The notes below the pieces were generated by a model that worked only from the letters and a program-made list of their open reading frames with translations, was not told where the DNA came from and did not search any database. Shown one piece after another: positions 1 through 11,900 of a stretch of 64,000 nt of DNA. Each line of letters opens with the position of its first letter. The stretch's first letter is position 1. The position numbers and the translations under genes were made by a program. The stretch spans positions 146,998 through 210,997 of the forward strand of contig CAYOQS010000002.1 of assembly GCA_964406185.1 (NCBI GenBank). Reading direction: 5' to 3'. The stretch is from an uncultured Methanosarcinales archaeon. Lineage in GTDB: Archaea > Nanobdellota > Nanobdellia > Woesearchaeales > UBA11576.

Positions 1-103
1 GTCTAAGTCAAGGGATTATTTAAATATGCTTAAAGGTTCTATCCTGTTTGAAACCTATAGCACAGAGATATTTTACCACTTATGGAGAACAACGCACAGC
101 AAG

Positions 104-112
104 TTTTATATA
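104..112 (+). promoter_or_regulatory. TATA-like box (TTTTATATA) upstream of first ORF
   Basis: AT-rich box about 80 nt before the ATG at 192. An SD-like AAGGTG lies closer to the start. Confidence 0.3.
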
Positions 113-191
113 CGACTTCTTGCTGAAATATTTTTGAAGGGTTTTTCTGGTATTCCCCACAGCTTGGGCATAAGGTGTTGAGGGTATTATC

Positions 192-683
192 ATGCATGAC
201 AGATATGACGGGTCTCAGGATGACATCTCTACCCGTGTGGTGGAGCCTGTCGGAAATAAAGACGATATAGGCTCAAGGCTTTCTAAGGAGAAGACAGTGC
301 CTGTTACTCCGAAGCTTAATGTCCAGCGTTCTGATAGTGAACTGATGCGCACATACAGGAAGGCGAAAGGTCTCACCACGGGCTTCTACATGAGGCATAC
401 GGACAAGCTGATCGCTGCCGCGAGCATACTTTCTGTCGTTGCCCTTATCGGCTATGCTGCGAAGAAGACGGATTGCTTCTACCTGTGCAAGGATGAGCCC
501 GTACAGAGGGGGGTGGATGAGGAACTCTCTGCGCTTTATTCTGACGCTTCGACCGATCCTGCTGTCGAGGAGGGGGATGACTGGGTGAATCCTCTGTGGG
601 AGAAGATATATGGTGGTGGGGATGAAGATGAGGGTGGCAGGAAGATGCAGAAGAAAAATAAGCGCGGGAAGAAGCGGCGCTGA
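192..683 (+). CDS. hypothetical single-pass membrane protein, acidic with a Lys/Arg tail
   Basis: ORF track. Hydrophobic helix LIAAASILSVVALIGYAA. No recognisable family. Confidence 0.45.
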   Translation: MHDRYDGSQDDISTRVVEPVGNKDDIGSRLSKEKTVPVTPKLNVQRSDSELMRTYRKAKGLTTGFYMRHTDKLIAAASILSVVALIGYAAKKTDCFYLCKDEPVQRGVDEELSALYSDASTDPAVEEGDDWVNPLWEKIYGGGDEDEGGRKMQKKNKRGKKRR

Positions 684-737
684 CCCGCCAAAACCAAATT
701 TCTCTGAAACAAACTTTTTAAACCATGCGCGCTTATC

Positions 738-1385
738 ATGTTGTGTTGGCTGGTTGTGATCGTGGTGCGCCGAGAAAGGTTTTTGTTCTGGATCGCAGGT
801 TTAGCTATTTGCATCTCTATCATCCCTTTTGTATTTGCTGAGGATGGTGATCCCAGCGGTGCGATCAGTGTCGAGCTGACCAGGCTGGACGATGGCTTCT
901 CTGCGCTTACTCTTGTCTTCCTTGGCATTCTGATACTTGCCGCGCTTCTGGCTTCTGTGGCTCTTCTTGTGAGGCGCAGGCAGGCCGTGGGCAGGATGGT
1001 TGGTGGTCAAAAGAAGGGCTGCCCGTCCGTCTCTGTCAGTGACGCGTCTGGTGATGGGTTCAGGAAAGAAGGTTATTATGGTCGCGTGCTGGGCAGGTCT
1101 TCTCCAGATACTGTTGTCTGCGATGAGAAGGCGCGGCATGTGAGCTTCATCATGAAAAAAGAGGCCGCTGGTGATGGTGGTGTTGACCGTTACCTTAAGG
1201 AGGATGAGCGCATAGTCATCAACGTGCTGCGGATGAAGCACAACTCGTGCTCCCAGGCCACGTTGAAGGTGGTGACTGATTTCTCTAAGGCAAGGCTTTC
1301 CCGCATCCTTTCCGAGCTTGAGGAGAGGGGTGTCATCTTCAAGCAGCCTGCAGGTCGGAAGAACATGATTACCCTAAAGACCTGA
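738..1385 (+). CDS. membrane-anchored winged-helix DNA-binding protein
   Basis: Two N-terminal hydrophobic segments. The C-terminus (NSCSQATLKVVTDFSKARLSRILSELEERGVIFKQPAGRKNMITLK) looks like a MarR/ArsR-type wHTH. Confidence 0.55.
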   Translation: MLCWLVVIVVRRERFLFWIAGLAICISIIPFVFAEDGDPSGAISVELTRLDDGFSALTLVFLGILILAALLASVALLVRRRQAVGRMVGGQKKGCPSVSVSDASGDGFRKEGYYGRVLGRSSPDTVVCDEKARHVSFIMKKEAAGDGGVDRYLKEDERIVINVLRMKHNSCSQATLKVVTDFSKARLSRILSELEERGVIFKQPAGRKNMITLKT

Positions 1386-1612
1386 AAAAACGCAAATTTG
1401 TAACCACTAATGCATACTAAAAAAGGGAAACGTTTATATACCTTGCATCTAATACACAGTAATACTATTATTATATGTGAATCAAGGGGGTTGACCGCTT
1501 TTTTTGCGGTTTTAAGACATTTTTCGGGCTTTTTCCGGGCATAAAAAAAGTTTTGTAGCCATAAGCTATATTTGGTGGTATCAAAGACATAAAAAGCCTT
1601 AAGGTCGATATA

Positions 1613-4600
1613 ATGAGCGATAAAGAGAAAGATAAAGTGTTAGAGGAAATAATAATACTGGATAGGCGCGGGAAGGGCTCAACACACGATGTCCTTGAGA
1701 CCGGCATCGATGAGATGGAAAGGCATCTTGGAAGGAGCGTACCTCATTCATATTGTTCTTCAAAGACAGAGATTGACGAGAGGCTCGAGAACCTTCTTGC
1801 ATCCGAACATGACAGTAGGGTCGTGGTCGTCACGCCGATGACATACCGGGCACCTGGTGACGGGCTGACTTCGCTTTACTCCAGCTGGAGAGGCAAGGAT
1901 GTCTCTTTCGTGATCGTGGGTGACGAGGACCGCATCCGGGATGAGAAAAGGAGGAAAGAGGTGGGCAAGTACCTTGTACAATGGCAGGGTGCGGACAACA
2001 AGGATGGTGGGATCCCGCGCCTTATGTGCGCTCTCTCTTATGAGGAGGTGATCCCCAAGCTGGTCAGCTCAGGAATGTTCGTGCACGGCAAGGATGAAAA
2101 GGATACTCTGGAAAAGGAGGGGGTGGAGTCAACCCCGAGGCTTATGAACGCTTTTGTTTCTGGCTTTGCGAGCAGGGGCGGGCAGTTAGACATGAAAGGT
2201 GAGATGGAGTCTATCCTTCAGGATGTCAGGGGACTTGAGGTTTTCTATACTGATGCTGACATTGGCAGGCTCCTGAGGTCAGAAGGTTTTGCTGATTACT
2301 TCACCGCCTGGGCAGAGGAGCAGGGCGGTTTTGACAGGATGGTACTGGGTACTGAGGTGCTTGACGAGGACGGTAAGGTCACTCAGCTTATGGACCTTTC
2401 AGGGGTTATTAGGCTCATGAACAGTGTCGCTTCCAAAAGGTCGAAGATAGCAGCAGTATATGATTCTGATGATTATGTGGGTGAGATGGAGAAGCTTTCC
2501 GAAGAGGGTCTTTTTGGGACTTTCCAGGTATACCAGGACAGCACACGTGCGGTCAGGGACATGATATATGACGACGCCCAGAGGGCTGCACAGAATTCTG
2601 AACTTGGAGCATCTCCTGCATCTTCTGCGCTGCCTCCTGCGAGGATCATCGAGTTTGAGATACCGAAGAGGTTTTTTGTCGAGGATGAAGAAAAAGGATC
2701 ATCTGCGGGAGAGGAAGACGGTGGTGAGGGATCCGCTTTCAACTCTCCGCCTCCGGGCAGTGCATTGCTGTCGGGTGATGATGGTGAGGGCGTGCTGGCT
2801 TCCGCATTGCGGGGCAGGGCGACGCCGGAATCAATAAGCGCTATAATCGATGAGGACCTCACCGTAGAGGCAAAGAGGAAAAATGACCAGAGGGAAGCGT
2901 ATCGCGGACTTATGCAGAAGTACGCGGCGCATGATTCGATCAGGGATGCTGTAAGGTCTGTAGAGGAGAGCTTCGCACTCACTCTTGACCAGCAGGATTT
3001 CTACTTTGAGCTTATCGGTGTCATTGGTGACAAGGATACTGAAGAGATACCTCTTGATGAGGCTTCCACTTTGCTGCTCTCTTACCTTCCGCAGGTCATA
3101 CAGGAGCACGGCGAAGATTACCGTAGGATCGAGGGGGTGCTCAAGGCAGGGATCAGGAATTACGATGAAGGTGGCGCGGAGTTTCTTGAGGGCAGCCTGA
3201 AGCTCATAGAGAAGTATCCTGGTCTTAAGGAGGATGTTACAGGTCTTCTTGAGGGGGCCGCTTCTGCTGACATTGATACCGCGGTGGATTCTGTCCTTGA
3301 CGTGACGAAGAAGCTCGACGCTATAGATGATGATTATAACAGGGGGCTATACCTTCGTAATGTTGTTTCGGTATGCGCAAAGGAGGGAAGGTGGGATGAC
3401 ATGGGTGTTGTCGCTGATTCTGCTTACTCTGCTGTTGTCGAGCTTGAGCTGGAGAGCGAGCTTGAGGACGCGCCCGAAGTTGAGATAGGAGATGTAGATG
3501 AAGTCGAGATAGGAGATGTAGATGAAGTCGAGATAGGAAGTGCAGATGATGATCATGATTATGATGGAGGTCGTGGAAAAATGACAGATGATGATGTTTT
3601 GGCACAGGCCGGCACGGGCAATGCTGGCGGCGAAGAGGAGAAGGAGCCGAGGGACCTTGACCCTATACCTTCTGGTCCTGATGGTCTTCCAGATCCGCAC
3701 GCGGCAGATGGGGATGAGATCGATTTTGGAGACCTTGGTAGAGGTCCGCTTGCTCCACCGCCCGTGGCGCAGGTCGTCCCTGAAGATGAGCAGGATGAAG
3801 ATGAGATGTATGACGGTAAGACGCAGGATCCTATGCTTGATCCTGTAAGCGCTGATGACATGCCTGCAGAGGGTACTGATCCTTTTGTTGAGGACAGGTT
3901 GGATGAGATTGATGCAGAATCAAGGCAGCCTTACGTAGCGCCTGAAGTGCCTCCGGGACCTGCACCTTCCAGGGATGGCGGTAATGGCAGTAATGGCGGC
4001 AATGGCGGTGACCGCGGCGATGGTTCCGGCGCTGGAGACATGCGCGGGGGCATGAGCGGCGCGCGTGTCGGTCTTATCGCTCTCGGCGCGGCTGCGTTGG
4101 CTCTTGTCGGTGGTTATGCGATAAAGCACAGCATAGACCAGCATGTCCTGGTGCAGAATGCTGAAGAGCGTGCTGATGATTACATGAACAGGTTCAAGAA
4201 CCTTCCTGAGGGTGTGCAGGACTACATCAAGGCAGAGCACGGAGTGAGTATGTTCGGTGGTCCTGAGGGGAACTATGATTCTCTGAAGAGGCACGCAGGT
4301 CTTGCCGACGCTTATCTTGAGCTCGGCGGCGACGCAAGCAAGATTGAGGACATGAGCATCGATGACCTGGCTGGTGAAGTGCAGGATAAGCGCGCTTTCA
4401 ACAAGGCTGTCGACGCGAGGGTCGAGGACATTCTCGCTAGCTACGGTATCTTTGACGCGATGCAGTGTGTCGAAGAGGGCGCGGCACCGGCGGGTGCTGC
4501 ACCGGCTCCTGTTGTCGGGGACGGACCTGGTGAGCAGGACGTTCCTGCACCGGCAGTCACAAAGTCTGCCAAGAGGAGAGGTTCGACAGGCCAGTACAGG

Positions 4601-4765
4601 CACCACCAGCAGGCATACAAGGCCGGCTATGGCGGAAGCAAGGCGAAGGGAAATTACCTGACTTCGCCCGGCAATCTCGGTCCGGGTAAGGGTTACCCTG
4701 CAGCGCCTGGAAAGATGAAGATGCCGGGCACCGCCGGTCACGGGCATCGTGGTGGGGCTATCTGA
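1613..4765 (+). CDS. large acidic low-complexity protein with one TM segment near residue 830
   Basis: 1050-aa ORF. EVEIGDVD x3 tandem repeat (nt 3478-3545). Gly/Asn-rich stretch followed by helix GLIALGAAALALVGGYAI. No known domain recognised. Confidence 0.7.
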   Translation: MSDKEKDKVLEEIIILDRRGKGSTHDVLETGIDEMERHLGRSVPHSYCSSKTEIDERLENLLASEHDSRVVVVTPMTYRAPGDGLTSLYSSWRGKDVSFVIVGDEDRIRDEKRRKEVGKYLVQWQGADNKDGGIPRLMCALSYEEVIPKLVSSGMFVHGKDEKDTLEKEGVESTPRLMNAFVSGFASRGGQLDMKGEMESILQDVRGLEVFYTDADIGRLLRSEGFADYFTAWAEEQGGFDRMVLGTEVLDEDGKVTQLMDLSGVIRLMNSVASKRSKIAAVYDSDDYVGEMEKLSEEGLFGTFQVYQDSTRAVRDMIYDDAQRAAQNSELGASPASSALPPARIIEFEIPKRFFVEDEEKGSSAGEEDGGEGSAFNSPPPGSALLSGDDGEGVLASALRGRATPESISAIIDEDLTVEAKRKNDQREAYRGLMQKYAAHDSIRDAVRSVEESFALTLDQQDFYFELIGVIGDKDTEEIPLDEASTLLLSYLPQVIQEHGEDYRRIEGVLKAGIRNYDEGGAEFLEGSLKLIEKYPGLKEDVTGLLEGAASADIDTAVDSVLDVTKKLDAIDDDYNRGLYLRNVVSVCAKEGRWDDMGVVADSAYSAVVELELESELEDAPEVEIGDVDEVEIGDVDEVEIGSADDDHDYDGGRGKMTDDDVLAQAGTGNAGGEEEKEPRDLDPIPSGPDGLPDPHAADGDEIDFGDLGRGPLAPPPVAQVVPEDEQDEDEMYDGKTQDPMLDPVSADDMPAEGTDPFVEDRLDEIDAESRQPYVAPEVPPGPAPSRDGGNGSNGGNGGDRGDGSGAGDMRGGMSGARVGLIALGAAALALVGGYAIKHSIDQHVLVQNAEERADDYMNRFKNLPEGVQDYIKAEHGVSMFGGPEGNYDSLKRHAGLADAYLELGGDASKIEDMSIDDLAGEVQDKRAFNKAVDARVEDILASYGIFDAMQCVEEGAAPAGAAPAPVVGDGPGEQDVPAPAVTKSAKRRGSTGQYRHHQQAYKAGYGGSKAKGNYLTSPGNLGPGKGYPAAPGKMKMPGTAGHGHRGGAI

Positions 4766-4800
4766 GTTACCGACGATAATCTTCGACAATAATCTTTCAA

Positions 4801-4808
4801 TTTTTTTT
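4801..4808 (+). terminator. oligo-T tract downstream of the 1050-aa gene
   Basis: T8 run 36 nt after the stop; archaeal terminators are oligo-T. Confidence 0.3.
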
Positions 4809-5826
4809 CAATTTTTCATATCCTTCTCATATCTTTTTCTTTCCGTGTCTTTTCTTGTCTTTCCGTGTCTTTCCGTCGGGAGATTATCATATCCTGTCTT
4901 CTTCTCGTCGGGAAAGTTTTTCTGGACCTTATTTTAGGGCTTTTAAACAGGCATATGTCCAATATTTGTCTGTTTTTACATAAAAATAAGCATTTTTTGG
5001 CCTTTTCAGCACCATATCATAAGTATGGAACGATCAGGAACAGAAAGAAGCTATCAGAAGCGGCCTGGAACGGTCGTAAATCCATGTTCCCCTGGAAAAT
5101 CTTATATCTTTTCACGTCATATACTGTTGTACGATAGGAAAAAGCTCCTCGGGGAGAGGGTCGGGAGAGATTCTCCTCGTGGATGGGCTTCGGGCGATAC
5201 GGCCGCTATGCGATCAGGACACCACAGTAAGTGTTCACAGCACAAGATCATAGCACACCATCACAGGTTCAGGTCATGGGTTCACCATGACTTCACTTTC
5301 ACATTGATCAGGATCGATCACTCTGCCTTTCATGGCATGCGGACATCAGTAAAAGCATTGACTTCTGGGAATTCCTGTGTAATTTTTTTGTTTGCTTTTT
5401 TTTGTTTGCTTTGTTGGTGTGGCTGCTTTGGGGTTGTGGTTCCTTTATGTTGGATCCGAAAAGTCTGGAACGCTTAAGCGATCAGCGTGTTCATTTTCAA
5501 ACGCTTGGCACATCATCAATTTTTTTTTTTAAGATCTTTCAGAATGAGCAGCTTGAACTAAGTTGGGATGGCTTGCTTCATGTTTTAATGTTTTCGATTC
5601 GCGTTTTGTCGCGGTCATCTCCAGAACAGGGTTAAGCGGGCTGGAGGCATTTTTTACACACGACCCGTAAAAAATTCAAAATTCACTACGCAGCAATACT
5701 AAAAACACGAAACCTTTAAATACCAGCACCACCTAGTTGTAATAGTTTTCCAGGGGGTGGTGTTAGCAAAAAGGAGTGTTGATGCTAGCGTAAGTTAGCT
5801 GAAACTATGTTATAATCATCAAGGGG

Positions 5827-8778
5827 ATGGATAAAATGAATAATGGACCTAAATCAGACAATGGAGTTCTAGATAGCCTTGAAAACGCTGTAAACAGCGT
5901 AAATGAGGTTAAAATCGATGTCAGAAAAGCTTCCGCACCTGGCAGACTGGGCTTTGGCGTAGCGACTCTACTGACAGCTATGGGTGTTGCAGACACTGCT
6001 CACGCAGAACAGGGAGTGGATCACAGGACAGAGACCCTGACACAGCTCAGGCAGCACGCCATAAACCACGAGTCAAGTGAGGCTTACGGGGATGGCCATC
6101 CGAGCGACTTGCTTATCGGCCTCGGCCATGACGAGCTTGTTAGGGCTATGGAGATGATCGATGCATTTCCCACTATGAGTGTCGATACGCTATATCTGCT
6201 TGTGAGAGGTCCTGGTGCTCAATCCCCTAGCACTTCACACTCTAATCCAAGTTCTATCCACTACGGCACAGAGCCGATACTGATACCTCAGCATGCTGAT
6301 GCGGGCCAGGCATTGGCGAATTTCATCAACGCTCATTACGCTGATGAGGACGTCCAGGCCAAACAGTCCATACTGCAGGCCATGGTCCAGGAGGCACAGG
6401 AGCTCGGCCGAATAGGCATGACAACCCCTGGCGGTTATATCGCTCTTGCGCATGATGTTCTCCTCGCTGGTGAGGAGGCATTGATGGGGGTGTACGCTCC
6501 TACTCCCGCGACGGCACCAGCACCTTCAGATGCAGCTGCCGAGCCTTCTCCGCAGCCTACGCCGCCTGCACCGCAGGTCACGATAGTGCACGTTCCAGAG
6601 GAGGAGGCGGAACAGCCGACTCCATCACCGCAGCCAGCTCCTGCTGAATCAGCATCTGCTGAGCCTGAACAGGCAGAGCCCGCTCCGGAATACACACCTT
6701 CCGGGCCCGCTCCAGAGGATGCTGCATCACCAGCCGCTCCGGAAGTACCTGCAGAGCCAGCCCCAGAGACTGCTCCTGCAGAGCCGCAGCCTGACCCCTG
6801 CTCTGAGACAGCGGTGGACCAGGCGCAGCTGAACATTTATGAGTCTGCTGTAACGCAGCTCGAGGACCCCGCGGTTCCCGAAGGGACGGTACGCGCGAAT
6901 GCAGAGGCGAACCTCGACGCTCTCGTAGAGAGATGCCCTGATGCTGACAACACAGACACGCTAAGCGACGTAAACGAGGCGATAGAGAACTACGCCTGCC
7001 AGGACCCGAGACTTCAGGACGCTATCGACGCTGCGCAGCAGGAAGCGCAGGGCATGATGGACGATCACGTTCCTGCAGAGGACATACTCACATCTGCGGA
7101 GGAGAGATGGGGTGAAATCCAGGAGAGGTGCACTCTCAGTCCAGATTATTTTGACGGCGCGAGACAGGCATTGAATGATGTCCTGGCCTCATACCTGACT
7201 GAAGAGATAAACCGGATCCAGTTCAGCGGTCTTGACATGCAGGGCGGTTTCATGACAGGAGATCACGTCTCGCCTTCCAGCGCCGGCGGGCATCTTTTCC
7301 TTGCCTGGCAGAATGAGGCAGAGGCTGGCCAGGAGGGTCACAACCCTATGGGGCTCAGTCTTTTCCTTGACGGCGGAAACTATCTCGTCGAGGATGTCGA
7401 CGGCGGTGACATCGAGAATCCGTTCGGCGGTATGATATTCAACATGGGCACAGGCCAGCACCCTGGCCGGTCAGGTGACTGGGGCTTGAGGCTTTCATTG
7501 AACGGCCTCTGGTTCAGGCAGACTTCTGCCTATGACCTTGGCACCAGCGTGGAAGGCCCGACCACTTTGCCTATCGAGGGCGGCACTGAGACCACCACGA
7601 TAGAGCAGTCAGAGTCCGGCATGTCTGAGACGCAGGGCGACCTGCTCGGCAACTGGCTTGCTACAGGTGAGGGCTACGTTGAGATAGGCCAGCTTGAGAT
7701 CAATCTTGGTGTCGGCTTCGGCCAGTACGCAAGGCATGATGCCTCCTCAGCCCATATCGAGACAGGAACTGATGTTGAGCAGGACTCGCATGCTGACGGC
7801 CCGCCTGCAGTGGATGTCCATACTGAGGGCGGTTCCGACGTGACCACAGACACCCTGACATTGACAGATGTCCTGACTAACATGCTGCTTTTCAGGGCTG
7901 GCGGCCTTTACAGGCTGCAGGACCCGAACCTCGCGTTCGGTCTTGACGCTTTCGGCTCTTACATGTGGGGCGGCTCTGATTCAGTTACTTCAGTAGACAG
8001 CCATGTCGTGGTGCATGACACCGTGACTGGTATAGACATCGAGGGTTTCCCTTCAGAGCAGGAGGTTGTTCCCGGTTCTGAGAGTGATGTTCATGAGGAA
8101 GAGAGTGCTTCCTCAAGCCATTCGCAGTGGAACCTTGTGCTTAGGGCACGTGTGCTCTACGATGCTGAGAACATGGCTTTCAGGCTCGAGGCAGGACCTG
8201 TGTTCGGTGATTACGGCGATGGTGTGGAGATGAACGGTATGCCTGTCGGCGGCAATGTTACAGGCCTTGGCACTACACATGGTCTGATCTTCGGCGGCAA
8301 TGCAGGCTTTGACGGAGACAACTTCGATCTCGACGGTATGTTCGCGACTTATGATGACTTCCAGAGGTTTGTCGGCTATGTTGACATGGTCAATGAGCTT
8401 AGGAGCGGGAGCATAATTGATGACCAGCTGAGGGAGCAGTATCTTGACATGCTGTTCCACAGCATGATAGAGACCAATGACGGTTTCATGGTCACTGCGG
8501 GCATGAGGGTTGATGCGGAAGGTGATGTTTCAGGCCATGCGGCTCTTGGCTACGCGCACCAGTTCCCTGGTGTCGGCCCTCTCGGCCTTAGCGTCCAGGC
8601 TGACAGTGAGGACATGAGCATAGGCGCGACGGGTTACATACCTTTGACTCATGGATTTAGTGCCAGGTTAAGCGGCTACACCAGTGAGGATGAGCTCGTT
8701 GACGAGCGCGTCTGGGGAATGAACGGCGCCCTGGTTTACCATTGGGGCCTGCCGCAGGGCGGCGATGATGCTGAATGA
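5827..8778 (+). CDS. secreted protein with Pro/Ala/Glu-rich linker and Gly/Asp-rich C-terminal domain
   Basis: 983-aa ORF. Signal-like GFGVATLLTAMGVADTAHA. PAPE-type low-complexity region at residues 225-320. SD AAGGGG before the start. Confidence 0.7.
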   Translation: MDKMNNGPKSDNGVLDSLENAVNSVNEVKIDVRKASAPGRLGFGVATLLTAMGVADTAHAEQGVDHRTETLTQLRQHAINHESSEAYGDGHPSDLLIGLGHDELVRAMEMIDAFPTMSVDTLYLLVRGPGAQSPSTSHSNPSSIHYGTEPILIPQHADAGQALANFINAHYADEDVQAKQSILQAMVQEAQELGRIGMTTPGGYIALAHDVLLAGEEALMGVYAPTPATAPAPSDAAAEPSPQPTPPAPQVTIVHVPEEEAEQPTPSPQPAPAESASAEPEQAEPAPEYTPSGPAPEDAASPAAPEVPAEPAPETAPAEPQPDPCSETAVDQAQLNIYESAVTQLEDPAVPEGTVRANAEANLDALVERCPDADNTDTLSDVNEAIENYACQDPRLQDAIDAAQQEAQGMMDDHVPAEDILTSAEERWGEIQERCTLSPDYFDGARQALNDVLASYLTEEINRIQFSGLDMQGGFMTGDHVSPSSAGGHLFLAWQNEAEAGQEGHNPMGLSLFLDGGNYLVEDVDGGDIENPFGGMIFNMGTGQHPGRSGDWGLRLSLNGLWFRQTSAYDLGTSVEGPTTLPIEGGTETTTIEQSESGMSETQGDLLGNWLATGEGYVEIGQLEINLGVGFGQYARHDASSAHIETGTDVEQDSHADGPPAVDVHTEGGSDVTTDTLTLTDVLTNMLLFRAGGLYRLQDPNLAFGLDAFGSYMWGGSDSVTSVDSHVVVHDTVTGIDIEGFPSEQEVVPGSESDVHEEESASSSHSQWNLVLRARVLYDAENMAFRLEAGPVFGDYGDGVEMNGMPVGGNVTGLGTTHGLIFGGNAGFDGDNFDLDGMFATYDDFQRFVGYVDMVNELRSGSIIDDQLREQYLDMLFHSMIETNDGFMVTAGMRVDAEGDVSGHAALGYAHQFPGVGPLGLSVQADSEDMSIGATGYIPLTHGFSARLSGYTSEDELVDERVWGMNGALVYHWGLPQGGDDAE

Positions 8779-8785
8779 TTTTTTT
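8779..8785 (+). terminator. oligo-T tract
   Basis: T7 immediately after the stop codon at 8776-8778. Confidence 0.35.
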
Positions 8786-8923
8786 ACATTTTTATATTTT
8801 CATCAGATATTTTCCAAATATTTTCGATCAGATCAGGGGGACAGGATATGGATCATGAATCCTGTGCATTACAGAGATGATGTTCAAGCGTGATGCTTAA
8901 CAAATCATAAGGGGTTTAAAACA

Positions 8924-11900
8924 ATGGGCAACAAAAAAATCTGTACATTTGTCGTGTTGGCTGTGCTGCTCTCAGCACTGTTCGCTGTCAGCGCTTACGC
9001 GCTGCCTGACAATCCGCCGACATGCAGCTTGTCTTCCAACACGGAGGACGCGACTACTACTGCCGTATTGACTTCAGTATCTGTCGATACGTTGGCCAAC
9101 GCGGGTATATCTTCCATCAAGATATATGAGGGTGGGAGCAGGATATACACCAAGAGCTGCGGCTATGCCACGACTTGTGTGGCTACGAAGACCGTGGTGC
9201 ATACCACGCCAGGCGATCATGATTACCATGCTGTCTGCCGTGACAGGGCCGGCCAGGAGACAAGGTCAGGTACTGTGACTGTTGATTTTGAAGGCATGAA
9301 CAGGCCGCCTGTGATCGACAGCTTTGCGCCCGCTAGCCCGACCACTATCGATGAGGACGAGATCCTTGCTATCAGTGTTTCTGCCCATGACCCTGATGGT
9401 GATTCCCTGTCTTATGAGTGGAGGGTGGACGGTGTCACGCAGCCCGGCGAGACTTCTGATTCCTTTGATTTTGAGAGGAATGTAGGTGGCGACAGCGATT
9501 CTTTTGTAGTTGCGGTCTATGTTAGGGACGGCAATGGCGGTGTCGATGTGCAGACCTGGACTGTCATCGTGAACGACCTTGAGCCCGGGGTCGTCCTTGA
9601 TGGTGATGACGGCCTGACAGAATGCGACACTTTCGCTTTTGACGCTGATATAGACTCTTATGATGATATAGTGATGTACTCCTGGGATTTCGGTGATGGT
9701 GAAGTGCTGAACAGCGCGGATCCTGCTGATGCTTCAGTGACGCACCAGTTCCCTGAGGACGGCACTTACACAGTGGCAGTGACCGTGATGGATGCTGACG
9801 GCGACACCGCTTCCGATTCAATGGATGTGGAGGTTCTTGATATAGCTCCGGTAGTGGATGCCGGTGAGGACCAGGAGATGGTAGAGGGAGATACTGCTTT
9901 CTTCCATGGCGAGGCGACCATGCCCTGCGACGCTGACTCTATAGTCAGCTGGGACTGGGATTTCGGTGACGGCAATTCCGCTTCCGGCCAGGATGTGGAC
10001 AACACGTTCACTGATGACGGCACTTTTACGGTGATCCTTACTGTATGTGATGATGACGGCAGCTGCACTTCCGACACCCTTACCGTGACCGTGAACGATA
10101 CCGAGCCTGCAGCAGACTTTGATTACGTGCCTGCCGATCCTATAGAGGGGGATGAGGTCAATTTCACAGACACTTCTGTATCTTATGATGATATAGTCTC
10201 ATGGGAGTGGGACTTTGACGGTGACGGGGTCATAGACTCTGCCGATCAGGATCCTTCATGGACTTATGATATTGAGGGAGATTATACTGTCTGCCTGACA
10301 GTGACTGACGAGGACGGCGACGCTGACACGCACTGCGAGACTATAACAGTCGGCAACAACGCGCCTGAGGTCGACCTTGTTGCGAACGTTACTGCGGGTG
10401 ACGAGCCTCTGAGCGTGCATTTTGACTGCATCGTCACGGGCGGCAACGCTCCTTTCGATTTCATGATAGATTTCGGTGACGGTTCTGCGCCGGAGCCGAG
10501 CGGTTCTGCTGAGCATACCTACACTGATGATGGTGATTACAACGCGACCTGCACTGTGATGGATGCAGACGGTGATGTGGATTCAGACTCTGGGGACGTG
10601 ACCGTCTTCAATGTCGTGCCTGTCGTGGACCTGATGCTCAACACGACCAGCGGCACAGAGCCTCTTGACGTCCATGCTGACTGCATCGCGACTGACGGCA
10701 ACGAGCCTTATAATTACTCTATAGACTTCGGTGACGGCACTGTGGTCGACAGTGATTCTGCTGACCATACTTACGTGCAGGATGGAACTTATGAGGTCAT
10801 CTGCACTGTCGAGGACGCGGATGGCGACACTGCCTCGGATTCAGAGCTTGTCGATGTATTCGACACCGTGCCTGTGATAGACTTCACGTGGGATCCTGCC
10901 CTTCCTGAGGAGCATGACCTTGTGGATTTCGATTCCACGATCGATGTCTATGACGTCCCTTATGACGTGGAGTGGGATTTCGACGGCGATGGTGCTGCTG
11001 ATGATACTGTGGAGGATCCTTCATGGACTTTCGCTTCCGGCGGTGACTACAACGTGACGCTCACTGTCTGCGATGATGACGGGAGCTGTACTTCTGTGTC
11101 CCACGTTGTGCACGTGGCTTCCAACCCGCCTGAGGCTGAGATCATTGTAGACCCGCTTAGCGGGACAGAGCCTCTTGATGTTGACATAACGTGCAACGGA
11201 TATGATGGCGATGCGCCTCTCAGCTATGAGATAGATTTCGGTGACGGCACAGCGCCTTCTTCAGCTTCTGTGACGACGCACACTTTCGCTCAGAACGGCA
11301 CTTATAATATAACCTGTACAGTGACTGATATAGATGGTGACATGGATGTTGACTGGGAGGTCATCGATGTGTTCGATACCGTGCCGAACGTCTCTTTCAC
11401 CTACTCTCCGGCGGATCCGCTTGAGGGTGAGACTGTTGATTTCGACGCGACTATCGACGTGTATGACACTCCGGTGGATATCGTGTGGGATTTCGGTGAC
11501 GGCGGTTCAGATACTGTGGAGGACCCGTCCCATGTTTTCGTTGATGACGGATCTTATCCTGTTACTATGACTGTGACTGACGCTGACGGTTCTGTGGCGA
11601 GCTTCACAGAGGTTGTGAACGTGTCTGTCAACGCTGCTGACGTGATGCTTGTCGCAAACACGACTTCAGGCTACGAGCCTCTGGATGTAGAGTTCGCATG
11701 TGCGGCTCTTGACGGCAACCCGCCTTACACTTATGAGATAGACTTTGGTGACGGCACTGCTCCGGCCTCCAGCTCCAGCGCATCACATACTTATGTGCAG
11801 AACGGCACTTACACTGCTGTGTGCACGGTGACTGACGATGATGGTGACGTGACGAATGACACTGTCGTGATAGATGTGCTTGACACTGTTCCTTTCGTGG

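Noticed and set aside
5262-5295. CAGGTTCAGGTC, resembling the SRP RNA helix-8 5' strand.
   Set aside because: The apical loop is GTTCA rather than GNAR. There is no AGCA 3' strand, and no long 5'/3' terminal pairing.
5025-5477. A 150-aa plus-strand ORF in the long spacer.
   Set aside because: The composition is His/Cys/Arg/Trp-rich, there is no SD or TATA at a sensible distance, and the ORF crosses oligo-T runs. It is probably not coding.
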